Below the pieces are notes generated by a model, which made no database searches, was not told the origin of the DNA, and saw nothing but the letters and a program-made list of their open reading frames with translations. The translations under genes were made by a program, and so were the position numbers. From the human T2T-CHM13v2.0 reference genome, Homo sapiens: 64,000 nucleotides of DNA. The stretch lies in NCBI RefSeq assembly GCF_009914755.1, contig NC_060940.1. One strand, given 5' to 3'. Shown here one piece after another: positions 44,946-58,265 of this stretch (the first letter of the stretch is position 1; each line of letters begins with the position of its first letter).

Positions 44946-45267
44946 TTTTATTTAATTAAATTAAATTAATTAATTTATTTATTTGAGACAAGGTCTTGCT
45001 CTGTCATCTAGGCTGGAGTGCAGTAGTGTGATCATGGCTCACTGCAGCCTTGACTTCTCGGGCTCAAGTGATCCTCCCACCCCAGCCTCCTGAGTAGCTG
45101 AGACTACAGGTGCACACCACCAAGTCCAGCTAATTTTTAAAAATTTTTACAGAGATGGGGTCTCGCTGTGTTGCCCAGGCTGGTCACGGACTCCTAGGCT
45201 CAAGCAATCCTCCTTCCTTGGCTTCCCAAAGTGCTGGGATTACAGGCATAAGCCTCTGCGCCCATCC
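44946..45267 (-). mobile_element. AluJ-type SINE
   Basis: Antisense dimer, gatcatggctcactgcagccttgac. Confidence 0.93.
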
Positions 45268-45304
45268 CTCAGGTGAGTAACATGCAGCCCCCGAGGAGAC
45301 ACAC

Positions 45305-45512
45305 AAATGTATCAGTTTGGAAAGTGTGTGGTCCTGATACAAATGACCACACACTTTGGCACTTAAAACAACACACATTTATTATCCTTCAGTTCTGCAA
45401 GTCCAAAGTGCAAAATCATTCTTGCTGGGCCGAGCTACAGTCAAGGTGCCAGTGGAGCAGGTTCTTTCTGGGGGCTACAGGGGAGAATCTCTTTGCTTCT
45501 AAAGGGTGCCTG
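45305..45512 (-). mobile_element. MaLR LTR fragment (MLT1)
   Basis: caaatgaccacacac...cttaaaacaacacacatttattatc...agttctg...ggggagaatc. Confidence 0.7.
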
Positions 45513-45971
45513 TGAGGGGAAGGACACGGGCAGTGGGGCTTACCCCAAACGGGGACACACACTCCTTTGCTCACAGTTTTGCTGCTGAAACTGTGTCCCT
45601 GGCATCCCGGCCTGTGTTGAAGAAGGCGGTGGCGTGTGGCTGCTTGCTGCCGGGTGCACGCAGCGATCCCAGGAGCCTTGCACATGCCCTCCTGGAAGGC
45701 GGGGCTGGGAAATAAACCACAGGAGCCAAGTGTTGGCCTCTATGCAGCAGCAGGAGCTGGGGTGGAAAGAGCTCCCAGAGATGTTGTGAGTGGAGGAGCA
45801 CGGAGCAGGCTTTGTGTCTGGTGCGCCGTGGTTTGTCCTGGCAGGTGAGCATGTGTGTGGACGCATCTGTGCATGTGTGGACGCGTGGCAGATTTGGGGA
45901 ACATGCACAGGAAGGATCCACCATGGTCATTTTTGGGGAGTCCAAGCAACCTTCACTTTTAACTGTTTCTA

Positions 45972-46705
<734 letters not shown>

Positions 46706-46722
46706 CTATACGTGAAAAACCA

Positions 46723-47343
<621 letters not shown>

Positions 47344-48028
47344 CACCCCTGGCTCCACTCACCATAAATAAAAGGTAGCCAGTGAGAAATTTCTGATATT
47401 ATAGCTTCTGATATCTCTCAGCCGCAGCCCTTGCCCTGCTATTAAAGCTGGAGATTGGCTAGTATTCGAGAGGCACTGAAGTCAGAGCATCACCCTCCCG
47501 AGACTTTCTGCCGGGAGCATGGTGAAGGGAAGTTCGCTTGCTGTGTGTGGACGTCATGCTGCGTTTCCACCTGGTCCAGGGGCAGAGCCTCTGCCTGACA
47601 CATACCCATTCATGTGTCCTATTATTATTGTTGCTGTCGTCATTGTCCCGTCATCCTTGGAGAAGGAGCTTCTTCCTGACTGGCTGTGTTTAAAAGCACT
47701 TCCCCTCTTTTCTTGCCCCTTTTGATTGGATTTCTTGGATATAAAGTTTCATGCCCTAATCTTGTTGAAAAGCGGTTACATTAAACGTTTTAACTCTTAA
47801 AATAGTCCTTACTATCTCTTCCAGTTAATTGTATGAACCGGACTCGTAACAGATTGGGGACCTTTAATAGAAAAAAAGTGTCCTCTGATTAGAGGGGGAC
47901 GGCAAGACTGTGGGCACCGCCTGGGGGGTGCCTTGTCCAGCTCTGGCAGTTCCAGGACATGGACTCTAGGTGGCACCAAAACCCAACCCTGAACTTTCCT
48001 GGTCCTCACTGGGAGTTCTGCCTCCTGC

Positions 48029-48245
48029 GTGTGCGTGTGTGTGTGTGCGTGTGTGTCGAGGTGTCTACGTGTGTGTGGGGAGGTGTCTGCGTGTGTTAGT
48101 TGGGGAGCAGGGCGTGTGTGTGTGGGGGGCTGTCTGGGTGTGTTAGTGGGGAGGCAAGGGGTGTGTGCGTGTGTGTGTGTTGGGGGTTGTCTGCATGTGT
48201 TAGTGTGCAGAGCATCTGTGTGTGACTGTGTGAATGCTTGTGAGT
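48029..48245. repeat. TG-rich degenerate minisatellite
   Basis: gtgtgtgtgggg...gtctg..tgtgttagt recurs three times. Confidence 0.85.
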
Positions 48246-48354
48246 TGCAGGAAACCTGAGACCACACACACTAGCACCCGTGTTTTCCTGGGGAGTTTGG
48301 TGGACATGGGGTGCCGTGGAGGCCCTACTGCAGGATGCCCCAGCTTCAGGGACC

Positions 48355-48356
<2 letters not shown>

Positions 48357-48398
<42 letters not shown>

Positions 48399-48676
48399 CA
48401 CACGCTGTCTGCACACACACACACACACCCCACACGCTGTCTACACACACCCCACACGCTGTCTACACACACACACACACACACACCCCACACGCTGTCT
48501 ACACACACACACACACACACCACACGCTGTCTACACACACACCCCACACGCTGTCTACACACACACACACACCCCATGCTCTCTACACACACACACACCC
48601 CACACGCTGCACACACACACACACACACACACTCTACACCCCCCCCCCCCCCCCCCCCCCCCCCGACGCTGTCTGC
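48357..48676. repeat. (CA)n-based VNTR with cacacgctgtcta spacers and C26 run
   Basis: Six clear cacacgctgtct units plus variants; poly-C 48639-48664. Confidence 0.97.
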
Positions 48677-50498
48677 AGGAGATGTGATTAGCAGCTGTGC
48701 AGGAGCAGCCGTGATTTATGTCCCCAGTCGTCTAATTATCCCCGGCCCTGGAGGAGGAGAAATGAGGCGCTTTGCAGGGCTGGGAGCCTGAAATCTCAGC
48801 AGGGGTTCTGGGCACCAGGCCCACCCCACTCCCACCCTCGGAGGCCCCAGAACCCTAGTGGACTAGAGAGGGCCTGGGGGGCAGCCAAAGGCACTGTGCC
48901 TGGAAGCAATGAAATGGGCACCCTCTGGGGGAGCCTCCCCCCTGGATGTCTGTGGCCCCTACTGAGCACCAGAGGAAGGGGGTGCTCAGGAAATCAGCCC
49001 CTTTGTCACGGAGTCCTGGCTGGTTTGTCCCCCACACCATAGCCCAGGGGAGCTTGGTAGAGGGGCTAGGTTGGGTTACCCCCTGCTAATGTTGCCAAGG
49101 CGCTTCCCAGTGCTCTTAGAATACAATTTTAAGTGGCTCGGGGGTGGGGGTCCCTAGAGGGGGGCACCGCCTTCTTCTCTGACCCATCTCGTCACCTGCC
49201 CCACCCCCCAGGGCTGCTGCTGCTGCTCTTTGCTGTCCCGGAAGCTTTCCTTGACCGCCTCTGGTACACCTCTCTCTTTCTTCTGTTTCCACCCAGGCTC
49301 TCATCTGTGGTTTCTCTGGTCACAAGTGTCCTGGTCTTGATTTCGCCACGGGCTGGATGCTCTGAATGGGAGGGTGTGTGTCTCCCTGTCCATGCTCTGT
49401 CCCCAGCACCTAGAAAAGACCTAGTGGGTAGGGAGTGCTCCACAATTGTGTGTTGTTTGGACACATAATTGTCCATTGGACATTGGATGGACAATGGATG
49501 GGAAACCCACCGCAGCACTGGGAGATCCTCAGAGCTCAGTGGGGTCCCTGAGCAGAGGAAGGTGGCTTGGAGGACTGTACAGGCTCCAGAAGGCAGTGGC
49601 TGCATGCAGGGACCGGGCCTGAGCCAGAGAGGAGGACGGGATGAGGGCCGGACCCGCACGTCATGCTCCTCAGAGGAGGCCTGGACCTGGCTGACCATAC
49701 AGGGTCTTCTCTCTCCTAAGCCTGGCTCAAGCCACTGCCACCACTGCCACTTCTCCCACCCTGGGTGCAAGGACCTGCCTGTCCTGGGGTTTAGCAGCAG
49801 CAGCGTTGGGGCTCCCCGGCCAGCTGGCCCTGGGCAGGTCATTCACAGCCCCTGCCTCTCATCTTTCACTTCATTGCTGCCCCTGGGGCTGCTGTGAGCA
49901 CTCAGGGAGGGAACGCGGGGAGGGAGGGGCTGGGCACATGGGGGACATGCCAGGGGGCTGGTCTTTGAGTGCAGTGGGGACACCTGAGCCCCGTTCTGAA
50001 CAGTGGCACAGGCCCTGCATCCAAGCATGCACCTGAAGGCCCTTTCTGCAAGGAGGCCTGGGCTCTGCCAGATGGTGGCTTCCATCTTGTCACTTCTGGC
50101 TGTAGGAATTCCTCGGGGACAAATTGCCCAGTGCTGTTGGGCTCAGGACAGCTAGGGGTGACCCTGGCTTTAAAAGAGCTTACTTAAGGCCTGCCTGGTG
50201 CCCCCAGCTCTGTCCACCTGCCTGTGGGGCTGAGAGTGGGTGGGGTGCGTAGAGCTGCAGGTACAAATGGAGAAGGATGGGCAGGACCCTGCTGCTCATC
50301 TTGTGGGGACCCCGCTGGGCAGGTGGGCTTGGGACCCCCAGATCCCTGTACCCCTCAGAGAGTCTTCACAGCTGCCTACTCCGCCTCGGCCTCCCTCTGC
50401 CTCCCTTTACCTTTCCCCTTCTCTGACCGTTTGTCTTCCCGCCTCTGCCCGGTTTGGATTCTGGGTCCTTCTGTGTCCTGTGCTGCCATCCTCAGTAG

Positions 50499-50692
50499 CT
50501 CTGTCTTTCTCTCTCCTTTTGTCTATCTCTCCCCTTTTTTCCCTCTTCTTTCTGTTTCCTCTGTCTCTTTTCTCTTCCCGCATCTCTCTCTCCCTTTTTC
50601 TCTCACGCTCCCTCCTTTTTCCCTCCGTCTTTCTCTCTCCCTCCCTTTCTCTGCCTCTTCCTCCCTCTTTGCCTCTCTCTCTCTCTCTCTCT
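50499..50692. repeat. CT-rich polypyrimidine tract
   Basis: Almost purely C/T, ends in (ct)n. Confidence 0.95.
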
Positions 50693-52789
50693 GAGCAGCT
50701 GTTACCTAATAGGCTGTTAATGATGATACAGTAAGTGGAAGGCAGAGTCCTGGGGGAGCCGCCATGATCTGTGTAATTGGTCTCGAAGGAGACAGAAGTA
50801 TCTAATATTTACACACCAGCATTAGTCCTTTGGGAACCTTATCTTGGCTAGAACCAAGCAGGGAGGGGGGTGCTGGCTGGAGCCATCTCCCCCCATTGAT
50901 ACCAGCTCAGAAGGTCTTTAGTTAATGGGAACTGCTTCCTCCCTTTGGGTGAAGATACCAGGGTCCAGGCTGAGGTCCTGGGAGGTGTGGAGTCAGTGCT
51001 GAGAGTGGTTGATTGGACCAGCCTGCATGGGCCCTGGGCACTGGGCACCCCCGTGGAGTTAGTGCTCAACTGGCAGGTGGAGTCCTGGAGCTTCCGGGGC
51101 GTTATATGACTAGAGTCCCCCAAGAGTGAGGAACTTGGGGCGGGGGAGACACAGACACAGATAGGAGGCAGCTCCCAGGCGATGTCTTCAGCCTCTGGAT
51201 CAAGCCATGCCTGAAGGCCTCCTGCCCCAGACACTTCATGTTCCAAGTCCACAAAAGCCCTTTTGCTCAGTCAGCTTGAGGCCCAGCTAAGACATCTTGC
51301 CTTTCCCAGGCATGAGAGTTATTTAAGCAGCAGCGGCCGCATTTGTGCAGACTTCATGGTGCCCAGTAGCCCAGTATACCCAGCCAGCAGGAATGAAGCT
51401 GCCTTAGTGGGCCCAGAGCCCGTCTCTGACTTGGCCCCTTCCCTAGGTCCCATGGGGGATAGCGGGGACCCCTCGCAGAAGGGGGCATGGGGCCCAGGAG
51501 GGATGCTCACAGCGAGGACTGTGGCACTTGCGGAGGCCCAGTCGGGCCAGCACTCTGTGGGCCTGTGCAGGCAGCAACCCCGAGGTGAGGCTGCCGTCAG
51601 CCCGTTTCAGACTGGGACCCTGAGTGGCAGTGCTGGGATGCCAGCCAGAGCTCTGGGTTCCGGGGGCGCGCCTCTCTCCAAAGGCTGCTGCCAGCGCCAG
51701 CACCAGCACCAAGACTTCTCACGGATTGTCACTCCGTGGAGCAACAGCACAGCAGGGCAGAGTCCTGGGTTCCCGCCAGGACACTGGGGGCAGGCGTCCA
51801 GCTGCTCTGGGGCAGGCCTGGTCCTGGGGCTCCCGTTGTCCAGCTGTCCCCGCAGCAGGACATTTGGGAAGGGGGTGTTCTGGTAGCCCTGAGGGCCTGG
51901 CTTGGAGTCGGGGCTGCCCCTCACAGCTGCGTGCCCAAGTGGCACAGGGTCAGGCCGCCCTGCAGTTTGGCAGGTGGGCAGGGAGATGCCCTCCACAGCC
52001 CATCGCTCCAGTTGTCCTCCATGAGGGCAGCAATGTCACAGCTGCAGAAGCTGGTGATGCGGCAGGGCCGAGAGCGATGCCAGCTGGGCGCTTCTCCATG
52101 CCTCGGTTTCCTTGTCTGTAGCAGGGATGAGAACGGCTCCTGCCTCCCAAGCTGTTGCGGGGTCCTCTGGGGTGAGGGCAAGGTTTGTGGAGCAGCATCC
52201 GCCTGGCTCCTGCTGCAGCTCCTGCGGTGTTGGTCTGCGGCGGCCTCGGCAGCTCTGCTCGGTTCTCTCCTAGTTTCGTCCACCAACTTGAGGCCAGGCC
52301 GAGCCCTTGGCTGTGTCCCTCGAAGAGACCCCTCTTCCCCTTGCCCACACCAGGGAGGGAGGCCAAGTGGCCTTTCTTTCAGAATGGGCTTGGACTTTTC
52401 CAGGGAGGCCTGGCAAAGGGTCCTGGGTTCCCGGCAGAGGTTCTCGTGGCGCCCTGTTTGCGCCAGCAGTGCACCCCCTCTCGCCCAGCCCCTGCAGGAC
52501 CGGCTGGCAGTTTACAAACAGAGCAGCTTGTGGGGCGTCTGCGCTTGGCTGGCCCCGCCCCAGCTGGGTGTTCCCAGGATGGCTGGTGAGCCCAGCTGGG
52601 GGCGGAGGCACCAGGGCCAGGCCTCCCCCGACCCCCTACCGCTCTGTCTGCAAGCCCCTTGCCATGGAGACCCCAAGCACCTTTATTATGCTGCTGATCA
52701 GCAAAACAATATGTGTTCATGCCTTTTCATTTTTGTATTTCAAAAATACCCCAATGTATGAAAAATGGCATTTTGTAAGTGCTATTTTA

Positions 52790-53335
52790 AGTGCAGTTTT
52801 TTTTATAACAGCCGTATTGAGATATAATTCACATATCATGCAAGCCACTGATTTAAAGTGTAGAGTTTAGTGGTTTTGAGGATATTCACAGAGTTGTGCA
52901 ACCATCACCACTATCTAATTCTAGACTATTTCCACCACCCCCAAAAGAAGCCCTGCATCCTCAGCCGTCACTCCCCACCCCCAGCCCCCCTCCCTGGCAA
53001 CCACCCATCTACTTCTTGTCTCCAGGCATTGGCCTGTTCTGGACATTTCATCTGTGTGGAATCACAGCATGTGGACTTCTGTGTCTGGCATCTTTCACTC
53101 GGCGCCTGGTTTCCGCAGTCATCCATGTAGCACAAGTCAAGGCTTCATTCCTTTTCATAGCTGAGTAATATTCCACTGTGTGGGTGTGCCACGTCTCGTT
53201 ATCTGTTCATCCGTGGATGGATGTTTGGGCTGCTCCCACTCTGGGCTGTTATGAATCACCCGGCTGTGAGCATGCCTGTGGACGCGCGTCTCCATCCCCT
53301 CAGACATGTGCCTTGGTATGGGGTTATGGCTCTTG
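52790..53335 (-). mobile_element. L1M(B)-type 3' fragment
   Basis: tattgagatataattcacatatc...gttgtgcaaccatcacc...ctggacatttcat...gctgagtaatattccactg. Confidence 0.88.
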
Positions 53336-54099
53336 GGCACCTCCGTGTGTGAGTGCTCTCCGCAGAGCAGCTTCTTCCAGCTCTCAGAGGCCTTGCCCTC
53401 AGGCTGCTTTGTCCTCCCACGGATGCCCTCAAGGTGACAAAGCCTGTCCCTATGGGGAAGGACTCATGTCTGTTTTCTCCACCACCGTGTCCCAGCACCC
53501 AGCACAAATAACACAGAGTAGGTGCCCAGGAAGCGCCGGGTGAGTGGGCGGCCATATGGCCTGGCACTCGCCAGCTGGCTGAGCTGCAGCACAGTCCTGT
53601 TCTCTGTTTCCCTGGGCTCAGCAGGAAACAGGCCGGAGGTCATCCAGCGGGGGTGCGGCCAGGCCGGGGCTCGAACCCTGCTCCGCCTGACCCAGAAACC
53701 AGACAGGGCTGGAGAAGGGCAGCAGAGTGACCCTGGGCAGGGGCTGGGCCCGGGGCCTGCCTGCCTGTGGTGGTGCCTCCCGGGCCTTGCTGGGCGGTCA
53801 GACCCTGCCTGCTGGGCACGTGCCCTCTTTCACACGCAGGCCTCTGCTGCGGGGTACAGGACCCGCTTTTCTAAACGCAAGCGGCTCTTCCTCTTTCCCA
53901 GGTGATTCTGCATCAAGGGGCCTGAGTAATGCAGCAGCTGCCTGGTGGACTGGCACCCGGCTCCTGTCTGCATTAGGGGGCTGCACACAACCGCTGGGTG
54001 TGCGGAACCCCTATCCCATCCTCCAGGCAAGTAGGTCCCTGCTGTGTGCTCAGAGCCAGCCACTACCTGGCTGTCAGAGGCCACCATGCCAGGCTGCCA

Positions 54100-54250
54100 T
54101 GAACAGGTAGGAACTGCTGTCAGCTCCATTTTAGAGATGAGGAAACGGAGGCATAGAGAGGTGAGTCACTGCCTGATCGGCACACGCTAATAGATGGCAG
54201 AGAGAGCAGTTGAACCCCAGAGTCTGACTCCGGAGACCCAGGGCTGACTC
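54100..54250 (-). mobile_element. MIR SINE
   Basis: aggtagg...ccattttagagatgaggaaacggaggcatagagagg...ttgaaccccagagtctgactcc. Confidence 0.85.
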
Positions 54251-54337
54251 CCGCACTGTGGGATTAAACGAAGCTTGGAAATGACGGAGCTTCGTACTGA
54301 GTAGATGCTCAGTAAACATCCGCTGCCTGGGAATCTG

Positions 54338-54475
54338 CTCCATGTGGTCACCCGGCCTGGCTCCCGAGGGAATCTGGCGGCAGGAGGGGGCTGAGCCTGT
54401 CACTATCTCCATGCGATCACCCGGCCTGGCTCCTGAGGGAATCTGGTGGCAGGAGGGGGCTGGACCTGTCACTGT
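54338..54475. repeat. 69-bp tandem duplication
   Basis: ctccatg..tcacccggcctggctcc.gagggaatctgg.ggcaggagggggctg..cctgtcact at 54338 and 54407. Confidence 0.95.
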
Positions 54476-55203
54476 AGCTCAGTGTTACCTCCTCCATAGC
54501 ACAAAGTTCTGGAATCTTCCTCCCTCCCCTTGTTGCTTAGGATGTGTACGTGCATGAAATTACTGTGGAAATCAGCCCTAGACACTTTCTGGTTTAAGGG
54601 GGACAACCCCCGGTCCCCATCTCAAATTTCCCCTGAGCCCCTTGGGCACACCCAAGCCCATCTGCAGGCGCCAGCACTCTGGGGAACCCAGTTTGAGAAG
54701 CTCAAGTCAGGGTCAGGTGTCAGGCCCAGAAGTGCCCTGAAGATCCTCCTTCGGGGGTTTGTCAGAGCAGGAAGAGGCTGGAGAGGCCCCAGCTGTGGCT
54801 TCAGGGGAGGAGGAAACTGAGGTCATGCCGGTGTGGGGACGGCACAGCAAAGCTTTGAACCCTTGAGCCTCCAACATCAGAGAACGCCACAGTTGAGTCA
54901 CCCCATTCACCTGCCCCGAGTTACAGGTGCAGTCTGAGGCTGCCGGTGACAGGACGGGCCTGTCCTTGCAGGCTCTGTATACTCCAGTAAGGCACTCAGC
55001 TTCTCCGAGCCTCAGTTTGGCTGCCTGTAATGTGGGATGACCACAGGCTCGGCTCCCTTGCAGGGGCCTTCGTGGAGCTGACACATGCCCACAGGGAGGT
55101 GGAAGGGAAGTGGAAGCTGGGTGGGCTCCCTGCCCTCGGCAGCCCCTAGCCACTCCCCACAGCTTGTAAGGTGCAGCAGCCAGGCGGCTCCAGCTCATAG
55201 GCG

Positions 55204-55234
55204 CCCCCGCCCCCCCCCCCACCCCCCCCCCCCC
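55204..55234. repeat. Poly-C tracts (C5, C11, C13)
   Basis: Direct read. Confidence 0.95.
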
Positions 55235-55889
55235 ACCAGCAGGCTGCTTGCAGGCCCGCTGAAGATGCTGTGACGGGGAGAGCATATGGCGGGCATATGC
55301 CACGCGGGAATGAGCTGCCCACGGGAGGAGGCAGGAGGAGCAGAGAAGGCGCCAAGGCCTGCCTCGCCGCCGGCGACTCACAGCACCCGCCTGGCTTGCT
55401 GGGTGCCCCTCTGCCCCAGTCCTGCCCTGGAGTCTGCAACCCCGCTTGCTTGGGGCCTGGGCTGTGCTGGGCCTCCTGGGTGGTGGGGCACTGTGCCCGC
55501 TGCCCGCTAGGTGTCGCTGTCCCCTGCCAGATCCTGCAGAGCTGCAGCCTGTGTGGCCCTGGAAATGGGGTGGGGTCTCCAGGGGGAACAGAGCTGCTGC
55601 TGCAGCCACCTCTGCTGTCTCCACCTGGGACCCCTTTGTTCCTCTGCCTCCTCTTTCTGGAGTCCCTCCTGTAGGCTGGTTTCTGGGTGTTGCAGAGGGA
55701 TTGGGAGGCCTCACCCTCCCAGGGCTCACTGTGCCAGGGTGGGCTATGGCACAGTGTGATTGATGCCACTGGTCGGAGCTCCAGGAGTCTGGGAGAACCC
55801 AGAGGAAGGACATCCCGCCCAGCCTCCTTCCTGGAAGACCTGGAGGAAGAGTTAGCCAGGGGAGAAGGAGGGTGGCAAGAGTGCTCCCG

Positions 55890-56098
55890 GTGGAGGGAAC
55901 TGTGCGTGCAAAGGCCAGGAGGTGGGACAGGCTGGGTGCTGTGGGCTTGGAGGCTGCTCTTGGCAGTGAGAACTGTGTGTGCAAAGGCCAGGAGGTGGGA
56001 CAGGCTGGGTGCTGTGGGCTCGGAGGCTGCTCTGGCAGAGGGAACTGTGTGTGCAAAGGGCAGGAGGCGGCACAGACTGGGTGCTGTGGGCTCAGAGG
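55890..56098. repeat. 72-73-bp tandem repeat, ~2.8 copies, L2-like unit
   Basis: gaactgtg.gtgcaaagg.caggagg at 55897, 55970 and 56042. Confidence 0.93.
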
Positions 56099-57540
56099 TG
56101 GCAAACATGTCTGGATGTCTGGAGCATCGTGTCTGGAAGGTGTGGGATGGAGCTGGAGCAAAAATAGAGGCCGAATTCCCATCTGGAGAAGGATGGGGAC
56201 CCTGCCGTGTGGGGCATAGCCTCAGCACCATCCGATTGCCAGCCCGTATGGGGCACTTACCATGTGCCAGGCAGCAGCTCATCTCACCTCTCGGGATCGC
56301 CCCCAAGGGGGCATGGTTTCTACCCTGGTGTACTCTGGTGCACAGAGAGGTCAAGTGACTAGCCTGGGGTCACACAGCCCGTTGGCAGAGCCGGCACTGG
56401 AGCCCACTCCTGGGAAGCAGGAACAGGTGGTGGGACCCAGCTTTTCTCCCACAGAGCCCTGCCTGCCCCTGCCCTCAGCCCAGGTGCCTGCAGACCTGGT
56501 TCTCCTGGCTGTCTGGACTGGGACATGTGTTGACCCTGAAGAAGTTGTCCCCTAGCCTCTCCCACAGCGCCTCGCACACAGCAGGTACTCAGCACATATG
56601 CTGGTATTAGGTGACCCTTTAGCATGACCCCCCCACTCGGAGAGGTCCCCTGACCCCAGGAGGTCTGGCAATGAGCGTCATCAATTGAGACAGGTGACTC
56701 TGGGCTCTTAGCTTCTGGGGGGCCCTTGCCACCCACTGGGGAGGTCTTTTGGAAATCTCACTCCCTGTCCACACATCCTCGCGCCTCGCTCGCTCTGATC
56801 CTAAGCCCGGCCACACACCTGTGACCAGGATGACCGTGCTCCTGGGCGGCAGCACTGATTTGAAATGGGAGGGTCTTGGAAACCCAGACGTTATGGTCAG
56901 GAAACCTGAAGGGAAGGACGCAGGCAGAGGGGTCCCAGTCAGGGGCAGGAGCTGGCCTAGAGCCCACTGTTAAACCAAGACATGCTATGCCCGTTTCACA
57001 CCTGCAGCAGCCGAGGCTGGAGATGTGTGCCCAGGTCCCAGTGCTGGAGGTGGAGGGGCATCCGGCCTGCTCTGCCCACCACAGTGCGCTCATAAACACT
57101 GTTCTGTGTCCCCCGGTGATCCCCAGGCTGGGGAGAAGAGGTGGTTGGGGGCAGCACCCACCTCTGCCGCGGGCGGTCTCTGCAGGGACCCGCCACCCAC
57201 CGGATCCCGGTGCCGGAGCAGATGGGCCCAGAGAGGGAGGCGGCGGCGGCGGTCGCTGTTGCCAGCTTCCGGCTCCCCGAGGGGCGGGCGTGAGAGGCAG
57301 GATGGAGCGAGTGGCAGAAGCCCAGCCTGCTGTCCACACCACCCCACCCGCTCCCCAGCCCTTCCAGAGGCTTCTCCCCCGACTCCTGCTGCCTGGGAGA
57401 CCCGGGAGCCCAGAGGCCAGAGCCTGGGCTTGGGAGGCCTGAAAGCCCAGCTGCCGGCCCAGCCTGACCCGCTGCCTTCTGGCTGTGTGGTCCAGGACCA
57501 CTGATGATACCCCTCCCAGCCTCAGTTTCCCCATCTGTAA

Positions 57541-57854
<314 letters not shown>

Positions 57855-57867
57855 AGTCAGTGCCTAC

Positions 57868-58139
57868 TTTTCTTTCTTTCTTTTTTTTGGAGTGCAGTGG
57901 CGTGATCTCGGCTCACTGTAGCCTCCACCTCCTGCGCTCAAGCCATCCTCCCACTTCAGCCTCCTGAACAGCTGGGACTACCAGTGTGCATGACCATGCC
58001 TGGCTCATTTTTAAATTTTTGTAGAGATGGGGTCTCACCGTGTTGTCCAGGCTGGTCTCAAACTCCTGGGCTCAAGCAGTCCTCCTACCACAGCCTCCCA
58101 AAGTGCTGGGAATACAGGCGTGAGCCACCACACCCGGCC
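57868..58139 (-). mobile_element. AluJ-type SINE
   Basis: Antisense dimer, followed by a third agtgcctactt copy at ~58140. Confidence 0.9.
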
Positions 58140-58154
58140 AGTGCCTACTTCTCA

Positions 58155-58265
58155 ATCCTGCGTGACCTCGGGCAAGTCCCTTAACCTCCGTGTGCCTCAG
58201 CTTCCCCATATGTAAGATGGGAGAATAATACTAATTTCCTCATAGTGTTGTGGGGCTGAAACAGT
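58155..58265 (+). mobile_element. MIR SINE
   Basis: gtgacctcgggcaagtcccttaacctccgtgtgcctcagcttccccatatgtaagatggg. Confidence 0.88.

Noticed and set aside
54713-56358. Long ORFs (489, 402, 223 aa)
   Set aside because: Overlapping on both strands, run through poly-C and the 72-bp repeat, low-complexity Pro/Gly/Ala/Ser composition and no recognisable domain
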